Assembly (NCBI RefSeq): GCF_040938485.1 | Contig: NW_027271431.1 | Coordinates: 3,038,001-3,102,000 of the forward strand | DNA from: Diadema antillarum | Lineage: Eukaryota | Length of the DNA: 64,000 bases | Direction of reading: 5' to 3' | Part shown: piece by piece, positions 52,611 to 64,000 of the stretch | Numbering within the stretch: position 1 is the stretch's first letter | How the letters are laid out: each line of letters begins with the position of its first letter | Made by a program: the position numbers and the translations under genes | Notes under the pieces: model-generated | Databases searched by the model: none | What the model was told of the DNA's origin: nothing | Seen by the model: the letters and a program-made list of their open reading frames with translations, nothing else

Positions 52611-53946
52611 CTCCTTTGTTCGAAAAGTTCGCTTCGAGAAAAGTGCTTGTATACGCTAAAGGGGATACCTTGGGTAGATAATACCTTACCAGTTATATCA
52701 CAGTGATAAGATCAATATCAAAAACAACAATGAAATTAATCTATTATCAGAAAACATATATGAATAGTGCTAATATTATATGCTACTGCAGGGGACTGGG
52801 CCACTTTGCAGGTCTGTGAACATGGCCGCTGAATTTTCGAGAGAGTAAATTTGATTTGATTAAACAGTATAATGAGCCGAATGCCGGTACCGTGGCCATA
52901 ATTAGGCAAATGAACGCGAGGCATGAAATTAGGTTGCGTGGGTATATCAGCCTCACGTGATATAACGCACTCCAAGCCCAATTAGAAAACCTAATCACGC
53001 AATGCACAATGAGGGGATTCATGTCTGGTATTTGAATTTATCCGGCAAAATTATCTCAGGCTGCATCGCCAGAATCGTGCGGGATTCTTGTTCGTGTGGA
53101 AGGGCTCTCATATCATTTGTTCAATGACTACAAAATTGTATGATTTTGCCAGACCCTGCTGCTGTTTTTCCTTTTAATAAGACGTGATTATGTATTGGAA
53201 AATTAAGTTCTATTCTTTAGTTTCATGCGTTACGTACAAATTAAAGAGGGAACATTTCTGAAGCACATTTGCGCGGGAAAAGTAAAAAAACCACGATGAA
53301 TACAATTTGATTCTAACTCGTGATAATGAGGCAGGTTGAATAAGTGAATGAGTCAATAATATTAAATACCTCAGTAGACTGACTGGGACTAATTACATAC
53401 ATCATCACAAACGCCGAACTCAGTGGCAGAAGTCTGACTTTTTTCGTCATAATGCGGACGAAAAGTGCCACGTACGGAGCGTGCAAAACAAAAACAGGAA
53501 CATACTCGTTTCACCTATAACAATAATCTATGAGAGTTTGTCTGACGTTTGACATTTTGGCTAGGAAAAAAGAAGAAGTGCACGCTGTGTTAAAATAGGG
53601 CAAGTAACTCCGCAACCTTCATGCACGTATACAAAATGCAGAACAATCAACACCGTAGCGTATTGATATTTTCACCCTAAGTAATCGCATCAGCGGCTGA
53701 GTGGCTTTTCGACTAAACGACATTCTTTTTTTTTTCTGTCTGCGTCACTCCTTCCCTCTGTTTTTTCTCTTTCCTTCTGTCTCTCACTCTCTTTTGATAT
53801 ATCATTTTCCACCATTGCCGTCTCCCATTCGGTTGTTGTTCTTGTTCGGTCTTGAAGTTTTCGTTCGCCGAGGAATTTAGTGTTCAACACCCACGTCGAA
53901 CGCTCGGTTGACACGGCGTCTTTGGGGTTCCTTCCCGGGGGAGCTT

Positions 53947-53960
53947 TTAGCCATGGCAAC
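53947..53960. promoter_or_regulatory. RFX X-box in a CpG-rich promoter-like patch
   Basis: The reverse strand reads GTTGCCATGGCTAA; ATTGG (CCAAT) lies about 30 nt away. Confidence 0.4.
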
Positions 53961-56900
53961 ACCCCCACTCGCCGCTCTCACCTGCCGATTGGTTCCCCCG
54001 TCTCTTCTTACCCCCTTACTTCGATAGTATTCAGATTCATCGAAAAACAAGTCACGAAAACTCCCTGCGTATACTCACAATCTGGGCTCAACCGCTCTGC
54101 GCTGTTAATGCCTTTCTCATAGATGTTCGAGTAATTAGAATGCTTTTTGGTTCCAATAGTAAAGCGTCGGTCACTTACTTGCGTTTGATTTCTACATTGC
54201 CATGTTCCTGGTACACAGCGTATAATACAGATAAAATACTTTATGGGACATCAACAAACTAAATCAGATGTGATCATTTCTTCGTAGAAATAACATTTTC
54301 ATGTTTTGTTCGACCTTGACATTTTCGAAACCGAAAAGATGACTGAAGAACTGGTCATCCCTTCCTTTGTGTTTCATAAAGATCTAGGACAGCAAAATAT
54401 TACCGACTTGCATTTTGATAGTGCAGGAAATTTACAACATTTACTAAAAGACTATAGATCGTAAAGTTTAATTGTTATCATGGGCTTTAATAAACATTTA
54501 AAATATACTCACATAAAACAGTTCGCAGCTATAAAAAAAGAGGTAATGCAAGGTGTGTTTTTATCTGTACTAATTTATCTAGTTCTTTCAAGAGAAGCTA
54601 TCTATACAACGTGAGAAAGAAGCCAACGTTGCGATAATTCCATTAAAAATACCCGTATGTGATTTTAGCAGCAACAGTAACAAAGAGAAAAAACCCCGAA
54701 AGAGTTGCTAAAAACAATCAGGCAATAAAATCACCCTTGCCTTTCTGGCTTAGAGTCGAATATTATCCAAACTTTGTATCAGATGATTAATTAAAGAGCC
54801 CGGAACTGAGCTTGCCCTCACATCGCTTAATCCTCACGGTGCCAAAGACTTTAGAGAGTGTGTAAAGCGTTACGGGTTTTTTGTGCCAATCAGTACTCAA
54901 AGCACATATTGGATTAAAAAATTAGTCATGAGGGTTGCGTCCGTAAGGTTCTTTGTCAGGTTTGATAACAGTTGGACGAATTCACAGTAATTTCGTCGTT
55001 TTTGTCTTTATGCATTCTTACAAAGAGCGAACTCCACAATTCACGCTAGGAACTGCTTGTTTGACAATATTGAACGTGGTACTTAGACTTGCCAACCAAC
55101 CAAAGAAAGATATTCCCTCCGACCACCGCGGATTTGGAGTTTACCGTGTGATTGATGAAATATCAACAGAGTTAGAAAAAAAAAACCCAAAGATTATTTA
55201 ACAAATTAGTTATTCTGGCGCTTTGCTACCTCACTTTCAATACGAATTTACATGTAGTGAAAAAAGCAGGATATTCTCATGTGTGATATTCGATCCGTGT
55301 GCAGGCTACATAAAACAGCTCGTTTACTTACGCAGAAGTGAACGATCTTCACAAAGCAAACACGTCAGAAACAAATGGCCGAGCTAAAGTTTTCGCTTCA
55401 ACAATTGAAGCCCGAGAATGCATGGCGGATCATCGTTATATCCGTGCAGACGAAATTTATTGCGGAAGAGCTGCTTGCTCTCAACATAAGATAGTTAAAG
55501 ACTACTAACAGACAGTTATTGCACTTATAGGCCTGTTATGAGACATTACAAATATCTTTTGTCTCGCCGATTTTCCGCTCAGAACCGTTTAGACATTGCG
55601 CCGTCTGTTCGCGAAAGATTAGAGCAGATTTGTAGACAATTATATTGCCATACTTTTTGAACTATTTTGTATTTCTATTTCTCTCTTACAGAAAAGAAAA
55701 GTTCCTGCTAAAAAGTCTAAAGAGCCGCAAGTCATCGCATTCCCGATCCATTAACCTACATAACAGAAGGCATGGAAATGTACCGGCTGCATTTGGCCGT
55801 TAACGGCAATGTAGACCGAAAGGGCATCCTTGTTATTGTAGTTCCTTTGTCTATAGCATGTGACATTTCATGCACAGCCATGGCAGCGAGCGATCAATCG
55901 TTCCGCTACGTTGCATTCTGAATGACCGGGCAATATTTAGACACAATGCCCAGCCCGTCCGATAAACATGCACACCAATATTAAACTAGTCTACCTCAAG
56001 AATGTCAGAAATCATAATTACTTAAAGATACACAGCACAGTTAAAGTACCTTTTCTTTCCTTACAGGTGCGAAAAAAAATGTAGGCGATATTTTGGGCAA
56101 GAATAGCCTCCCCCTCAAAAAAAAATCCTAATATATATAAGATTTTGTACGTCTCTTGATAGCAGAGCAACTGATAGTTCTATCATGAAATGAACTGAAG
56201 TATTTGTAATGATACATTCCACTTGTATTTGAGGTTACGAGCGATGTATTATAACCATAGGCCTACTTTTGGATTATACTTTTATGTGGTTTTATTGCCT
56301 CCACGATGAGTGATGAAAATAACTATGCATTTTCTGTTCCTATGGTGCTGCATTTGTTTCTATCGCATTTTTGCGTGATCTCACGATATCTAGTATATCA
56401 TTATTTTCATCTGTGAAATGAACCTCAAAGACATGCCGTTAGCACGCAAGGAGGGAAATTCTACCTGGCTCAAGCGTTATACACGCAATGGCGATCACAC
56501 GCTTTGCAGGTTTACAGTGAATTGACTGCCTCGACCACTGTTATTCTCCTCTCTTTCTTCCATCTCCCTCCGTCTCCCCCCCCCCCCCACCCTCTCCCAG
56601 AAACGAATTCGATCGGATCTGATGAGAGATACGTCGATTGGATACACACATGACTCATAAACCAGACGCGACTTCGTTTTTTCGTGGGCAGCTTTATTTC
56701 TCTGCTTTATAATATCTCTCTCTTTTTTTTTTTCATGTGTCTTGTATGTTAGAGGGCGTTTCCATTTTTAGACGCGAGATCTATTTCACTCGAATACCTT
56801 TGACCCTATAAAGAGCTACTCGATTTATTGTATTCATTTGTCATGGTGCAACAGCCAAAACACAACGAAACAGTATTTTGTGTGTGTGTGTGTGTGTGAA

Positions 56901-58909
56901 ATGTCCATTGCGGCATCCACTCAATTCTTTCGGACCATCTCATTGCTGTACAGTGGCGATATAGCTTCGGCAATATTCATTTACACAGCTACCAGCTGGC
57001 ATCCTGCAAGCTACCCAGGGGATACCCTGAACTATCCAGGGTATAGAGATAGTTTGAATCACATGAGCTCTTTGGTTCATGAGCAGTCGTTCAAAATCAA
57101 CAAGTTGATCGAGTATATAAGTATAAAACTGGTCAGAGCAATTCATGCAAGGTTATTTCTTCCCCAAGGAAATTCAAATAAGCTTTTATTTTTCAAAGCT
57201 ACAAAAGACGGATACGTAGTTATTTTACATCCATCTACATAACATAAGACGGCTGCGTGCCAAGTTGGAAAATCATTCATCATTGCGTTTGCTCGCCAAT
57301 TGATGCCTGCCGGCGTGCCCAAAAGGTGTTTCTATAAAGAAGTCGTTCACAGTTTTATATTCTCTCACCTCCATATTTGGCAACTAGACCAACAATAATC
57401 TATCATTGTTCCTGATCAGTGAATAATGACGATTACTCCCTGTTTAAAGCACATTGTAGACTGAAACGAAGCTGTATATCAGCCAGACTTCATTTACACT
57501 CCTGTCCGAAGTTTAAACCTTGAAACGCGGATCAAAAATTGTAGATAAAAAGCCTGAGAAAGGGAGAGCATAGTTTGCATAAATACACGACTGGACACCA
57601 TTCTCTTCATTGAGTCACTCACTTAAACTTAAAATTTGATGTAAATTGGTGTTTAAAAAACATAACACGTAGTATAAAAGGGATGTAATAAAAATATGAG
57701 ATAGCTCGATCCGTACGGCTATAAACGCAATGGTGTGCGTGACAATGTTACAGTTCGCCAGTGTTCGTAACCAGAAAATAACACTGAGATGTTATTCAGT
57801 CATCGAAATCATGAATGACACCTAGTATGTTAAAGAGGTACATAATGTGTTAAATGAATGGTATGAAATACGACGGCATTGTCTGTTATGCCATGGCATG
57901 TGAAAGGAATAGAATGCTATATGATATTTTACTTTTCATTCTTTTGAGCTGACAGTCAGTGTCAGTGGGCTGACATGGCGCGTAAGGCTATTAAATGCAC
58001 AATGGCTGTTTCTTAACTGAAGCACAATTAAACCGGGTATACATCAATCGTCAGATCGTGATTAAGGGCAAGGAGAAGAGACATATTTGCTGAGTGTATA
58101 CAATATTTCCGCCATACAGTCCGCGTTAATATCAGGCATCCTGATGACTCGGATAAAATTACGATTTGACGGTTGGAAGCTACAATATGTTTGCTCTGGC
58201 CCCATTACTTTGCATTTACCCCGACAAGGTTCCGTGTCATGATAAATGGTTTCTAACCGAGGAAGATACCTTTGCAAATAAACTGACAGAAAATATTCAT
58301 CTCGAGAATATTAAACAAGCGGGAATTGAGCCGTCAGGAGATGAATGTGGGCCGACATTCAAAAGAGAGGAACATTTCATCTTTAGTTTTGTGACATCAT
58401 GGATCAAGAATGAAAGGGCATGCACACTAAGAAATCAGGGTTCAATTTGGGGTTGAATTTGACCCAATGCACCCTTGTGTGGACTAGGGTTGAATATTTA
58501 ACTTCTATGGGTGCTATTTACTCCGAATGGGGTTCACCTTTGAGAAAGTTTAATTTTTGAACGTCTCCAAATAGAAGAGTTAGTCTGCTACAAAAACCTA
58601 GATCATAGTGTTGCGTTCAAACATGTTATGATTTGTAATGCAGTATCAGTAGTGATTTGAATTGTGGATGATGTTCATCTTTAAGATTGCAAATCAATCA
58701 ATATAAAGATGTTTGTTGGTGTTTGATAAAATGAAATAGCATTTTTTGTTCGTGCCAGTTTCATAAACAGTACGTGAGCAAAGACTAACACGCCAATCCC
58801 GGAAATTAACCAATCACTCACATCAGAGAAGACGATCGAGGCATACAGCGAGCTAGCTACTGTACAGCTGTACAGTATGTGTATACGTGTCACAAAGCAA
58901 AGCGTCGCG

Positions 58910-61900
58910 ACAGTTCACTTCCATTTCGTTCTAGCACTCCCGTGCAATTGCATTGAAGCCGGGCTTTTTCGTTGCAAGACTTGCTGATTTATACAAGACT
59001 AAGGTGAGTAAATGATCACTTTGTATATCATGACATATTTGGGTTGCTTCTGTACGGCTAGATCCTTCAATTCTTCGGTAATAGGCCTAATTTCAATCGT
59101 TTGTCGTGCCGTTCTTTGTTACCACTTTCACGCGTGTATTAATACACTGTACATGCAAAATCATATGACCATGGGAACTAATACGGGCCTCTTTACGGTT
59201 ACTACTGCTTGCTACAGCCATTTAGCAGAGTTACCAAGTCTCACGCATTCTGAGTGAGACTATCGACAAGAAATAAGGCAAAACAGTTTGCATTGTTTAA
59301 TTTAATGGTAGTCCAATGTATAGTGATTTGTGATACTGTTTCGTCTTCTATTGCATGTGCTTATATGAGACAGTCTACAGAGTCAGTAGGCTATTAACTG
59401 CTGCGACCTGCCCGAACTCGAAGCGTTCGGGCTCCCACAGTGTACAACTGTGTATGGGACTAAGACTCGATCGCGCACTGTCACTAGTCATATCTGCATG
59501 CCCCTGATACAGTCTGCATGATAAGCTGTGTGAGAGTCGCGGTCGGCGGTGACACACATGATACGGATACCGGCGTTTGAAACACTGAATGAGAGAATGT
59601 GCATCAAACTGTACTAAGGCAGAGGAGGTACAGCTAGTAATCATCAGTGTGAAAGAAATTCCTTCTTACTTGGGTTTGGTTGCACAGTGCCGCAGTCAGT
59701 ACCATAAGTACCACAGTAGTGCAGACTGAGTACAGTAAAATCCTATACTCGTATGATAAAGTTTCTTGTACGGTATATAGTGGCCGACTAGCTAGACTAA
59801 AAGGTTTAGCTGTGTCAGTGTGGCAAGGGTGTGAAGCTGATGATACCGGTACTGATTATCAAAAAAGAAAAAAGAAAAAAAAAAGAAAAGATATTTCAAG
59901 TAGATCTACAGTACATGTATAAACTTTATGGCCCAAACTTTATATCTATGGACATGGTGAACAACAGTCTATCATAATTATACTGATTTCGAAGTGAAAA
60001 TACAAGTTGCCAGCAGCGTTGTACGTCATGTAGCAGACTAGTACATTGTACTAAGTGTGAGCAATCTATATAATAGCTTATTGACATCACCATGCGCTGT
60101 GCAGACATCATTCATCTACATATTAAACTGGTGGGTGGTGGTAAATTTGAGGTTACAATTGGTACCCGTACCGGTACAACAAATGTACGTTACTCAGACC
60201 CTTATGCTTTGTATCGCATTGACGGCACTGTTACCTGCAGATTTGTTATAGGGCCTACTGCACATGAACAGTTCAATATAAATTCAAATTTCTGTGTTAC
60301 CATTGCAAGTTTCTTTCTTTTTCCCCTTTCTTTCTTTCTTTCTTCAGGTCAAAGGTGTTTGAAGCATCCTTGTCCTTACAGCAAATGAAGGATGTTGTTT
60401 GTTTCATTATGGACTATGCTGCGCTGAACTACATCCTACTCCCTGGGAGTATTCTCGGTATGAAACCTGATGTCAAAGCTTCTTCTCTACTTGTGACACC
60501 AAGGCAAAGGTGAGTTTTCTCTGCAGGCCAGGAAAATGCACTTTTGCTCCCTTTGATATAAAAACTGTTTTCTTATGAATGTTGCAAATGCAGCATTAAT
60601 TATCTGTAAGAGTTGCAAAGATCAAATGGTTAATCTTGTAAGATTAATTGCAGTATGCCATGCAGAGTCTTTGTATCACTGTTGGCGGAAGGTTTTCAAA
60701 AGTGGGGGGGGGGCACTTCCTAGTTTCATGAGCTAACAAGCAAAAAAAAAAAAAAGGCCGTGAATGCAACTTCTGGTGACACTTCCAGGTTTCAGCTTAC
60801 AAGCAAAAAAAAACCAAAACAAAACAAAACAAAAAAGTATTCAGCGCAAAAACAGATCCTTATGGTGCTCACACTTCCAGGTTTTTATCTACATGTATTT
60901 CTTTCTAGTGCCACTTACACACTTTCGGGTAAAGAAAGTTGGGGGGGGGATGGGGACCCGAAGTGGGGACAATTATAATGTTTTCCTTTGTATTGTGCCG
61001 AAAAATTAGGGGCCCGAGTCCCCCTGGTTCCTGTGGCCATGTACATAGCATCCAATTCTTTCCTGCACAGCTCTACATTACTGTTGTTTTTTAGTTGGAT
61101 TATCAAAGATGACATACCATGTATTCGGTTTACTTTTGTACATGTGCTTAATAGATTTAACGCAGGGATCGCAACACTACAACGCCAAGGAAGAAAGAAA
61201 CCTTGCCAACATTTCGCAAAGTCCGGAAAAGTCTGCTGCCATATGTCACTGCCACCTAACCTGCAACTGACCTGTACTGGATCTGCCAAAGAACAATACT
61301 GTCAGTTGATCACGAGACTGCTGTGTCTCCCTTTTTTTTTTTTTTTTGCATTGTATGTTCAGATGTATTATTTATGGAACTCTTTAATGCATCAGTCTTT
61401 ATACATACACACAGTGCACTCCTGTTCTGATAAATAATGTTACAACAAAATTGAAATTGAGGCCATAGTGTTATTGGCTCTACATTTGTTGCTTTATTGT
61501 TTACTTGTTTGGTTGCAACAAAACTTTGATAAAATGAAAGAAAACTGTAGGCCCTGAGGACCTCATTATAGCAGGAGTCCAGTGTATACTGGGCCAAATT
61601 CGCTGTACCGGATTGCTGATGCAGTCACTGCATCAACATAAAAGGAGGATGATCCTGGACAAGACGTTTGTCCCAGTACTAGTATACGACTGGACTGGTC
61701 ATCTCTCTTCTCTCAATCAACAGTTGTTCCCAGTTCAAGGTTAATCTGCATTTTTGCATTGAATGTGAAAACTCGGTACATGATCAGTATGACCTTTTTC
61801 ATGGAGAGGGTTGTTGGCCCTCACAAGTAATTTTGACTTCACCTGTTCTTCATTGGCATATATTTCATCCAGATGGCAGAGCATTTTCAAATTTTCAGTG

Positions 61901-63100
61901 TAGAGTGTATGGTCTATTAAAGTTCTAGAATTACATTGTACTTGTAGTATAGCATTCTTTTGAGATTGTTACCCTACAATCAAATTTAAGCTTAAGAGGG
62001 TGTGTAGAGTGTGTTGTACTTGTGATTTGTCAGGAAAGTGCAACCCATAGAAATGTTCAATTTGGTGTTTTCCTTCCTCCCAGAAATTAATCTTCTCAAT
62101 AAATGTATGATATATTGTACATTTTTGCATCACTATACAGAGGAGAGTATAACACTTTTGTTGTTGTTGTTTTCCCCCAGGTATTCTGCATGACTGAGGC
62201 ACCTTCTTCAGCTGTCTTCGTGGAATGAATCGCTACAACTTCACTCAGTTCTACAGATGCATCCATGATGAAACCTTTGTCCAGGGCAATCAACTACAGT
62301 CTGAAACAGTCTTCATAAAGTCAGTGTAGTATACTGGCAGGTAATATTGTATTGTGAAGAACACTTCATCGAATGATTTTAAAGAAATCACTGTAGAGTT
62401 ACAACCCTGTGGCTACTTGTATCGTGATGAGTTAATACTTGTATCTGCTTTGCATTGTGTATCATCCTCTGCCTAAATGACTAAAACACTAAAAAAATGT
62501 ATTGTTTTGTATGCTGACACTTTGTACAGTACTATCATCCTCGAGGTTGTTATAGAAATTATTGCAGCTAGAGTAGTTTGGTTTTCTTGTCATTCTTGCT
62601 TATGAATATAAGCTGCATTTTGATGTTTTGGGTGGAAGATGAATTTTAGCCTTGAGCCAGCACTGAGAATTACACTGTAGTACAGTGGTATCATTCAAGC
62701 TTTCTGTATGAAGCTGGACAATTCCTGTACCTTCCTGTTGTATGCCTCTCCTATCCTGCCTATGCTATCCTACTATTATCTCTGAGTGTTCCTCTCTCTC
62801 TTCTATCATATCTCGTACAATGTGATTCTAGTTACAAATGCCATCCCTATATCGATGGAATAGACAAATCCCCATACTTTGGGTTAATTGGATGCTGTAA
62901 GAGGAAGGAGGGGGGGGGTCCTTTTTCCTTTTTTGCTTGTCACAATTTGCATGTGTGTGTGTATTAGTGGTGTTGATTATTTATTTCATTGCAGTTTCAG
63001 CAAACTTGGTATCCTTCTTTTCCTTCTGTTATGTAACAGGTGAGGATACTAACCTTTACAATTATAGTATGTAAACATTAGCCATGTAAAGATGTGTTCA
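58910..63100 (+). ncRNA. Candidate multi-exon lncRNA or microprotein gene; exons about 58910-59003, 60348-60509, 62181-62340 and possibly from 63040
   Basis: Strong donors AAG|GTGAGT (59004, 60510) and CAG|GTAATA (62341), and long polypyrimidine acceptors (60347, 62180, 63039). The longest spliced ORF is 45 aa (ATG 60385 to TGA 62193). The downstream sequence is U-rich and 3'UTR-like. Confidence 0.45.
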
Positions 63101-64000
63101 CGGAAATCCTACCAATATTTGTGTACTGTGCTTTGATTACTTGTTAATGATCCTTCTTTTTTGAAGGTCTCTAGATATTAATCTTTAATTTATGAAGTAT
63201 TTTCATTCATTTGCATATACATGTAGCTGGAAAGTATTGTGGCCATTTTGTTTCCTTCTATGCATGTGGAAACTAACCATGAAGGTTTTGTAATGTACAT
63301 GTATACCTTTTATTCAACTGTTTTATTTTTTTACCTGAATTCACTGTGTTGTAACTGCTTGAAAATGCAACATCTGGAATTAACAGCTCTGCTTTCTTTA
63401 GATGATAAAAGTGTACTTTTTGCACAATGCACATGGATTGCAAATGTTTCATTTTTTTTTCTGCTGGGAGAGATTTTTATGTTTATTTTTTGTCATAAAG
63501 AAATTCTTATAGGGAATTGAAATGATGTAATGATAATATAATGACAGATGTTTGATACATTTTTTTTTTTCATCAGGGAATATTGTTTTCCCTTATTTAC
63601 AAAATTTAAATATACATTGTATTCCATTACTATATGAGTATATGTTATGTACATGTATTGTATTTAACTTTCTTAATTGTACATGTATTACATTATAATG
63701 CAAAAACTTGATTTGACTTAATTCTTTGTTTTGAATGATGAAAACCTAGCCTATGAAATTAATACATGTGCATTTTTGTGTGAATGCAGAAATGCATCCA
63801 TCTTGACAAATGAAAGTGACAAGTTTGTATGTACCAAATGATGAACTGTACTTAGATAATGTACGAAAATGGGGAATTTCTCTTTATTTTATTTTCCTCG
63901 TTTTTTATCATCCCAAGACTTTATTAAACAAACATGAAATGTAATCATCTGTGATGCAGATATGTTTTAATTTCTCTGTGCAAAGTGTGTGCCAAACATG

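Noticed and set aside
58424-58560. CACT-type (EnSpm-like) transposon end cacactaagaaatcagggtt
   Set aside because: No matching opposite terminus was found, so boundaries cannot be supported
62181-62270. Selenocysteine read-through of the TGA at 62191
   Set aside because: No selenoprotein-like context and no SECIS-shaped stem-loop seen downstream
1-64000. Most ORFs in the supplied track (CV/HT/YI-rich, poly-K/F, or spanning N gaps), and any CRISPR, rRNA or tRNA genes
   Set aside because: The ORFs are translations of microsatellites or chance frames in AT-rich DNA. There is no repeat-spacer array or rRNA, and the tRNA-like boxes belong to SINEs.

Overview
AT-rich, microsatellite-dense eukaryotic (metazoan) genomic DNA. 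The repeat types look deuterostome-invertebrate and sea-urchin-like, which is an inference only. There are two 149-N scaffold gaps. Most ORFs in the supplied track are microsatellite or chance ORFs. The one well-supported protein-coding locus is a compact 4-coding-exon + strand gene, join(5202-5315,5486-5804,5952-6289,6427-6462), encoding about 268 aa. It has a TATA/Inr promoter, phase-compatible GT-AG introns, polyA signals and an MGCQQSK N-terminus, and I do not recognise the family. A frameshifted tandem paralog lies upstream (1296-2216); synonymous-biased divergence between the two copies marks conserved motifs. The rest of the window holds non-autonomous DNA transposons (Harbinger-type and Mutator-type MITEs), two tRNA-derived SINEs, a decayed L1/Tx1 3' fragment, a perfect 38-bp palindrome containing a hammerhead-like core, a 155-nt foldback in a candidate intron, several promoter-like CpG-rich patches, and candidate spliced transcripts with little coding potential. 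No rRNA, intact tRNA, CRISPR array or recognisable named gene was found.
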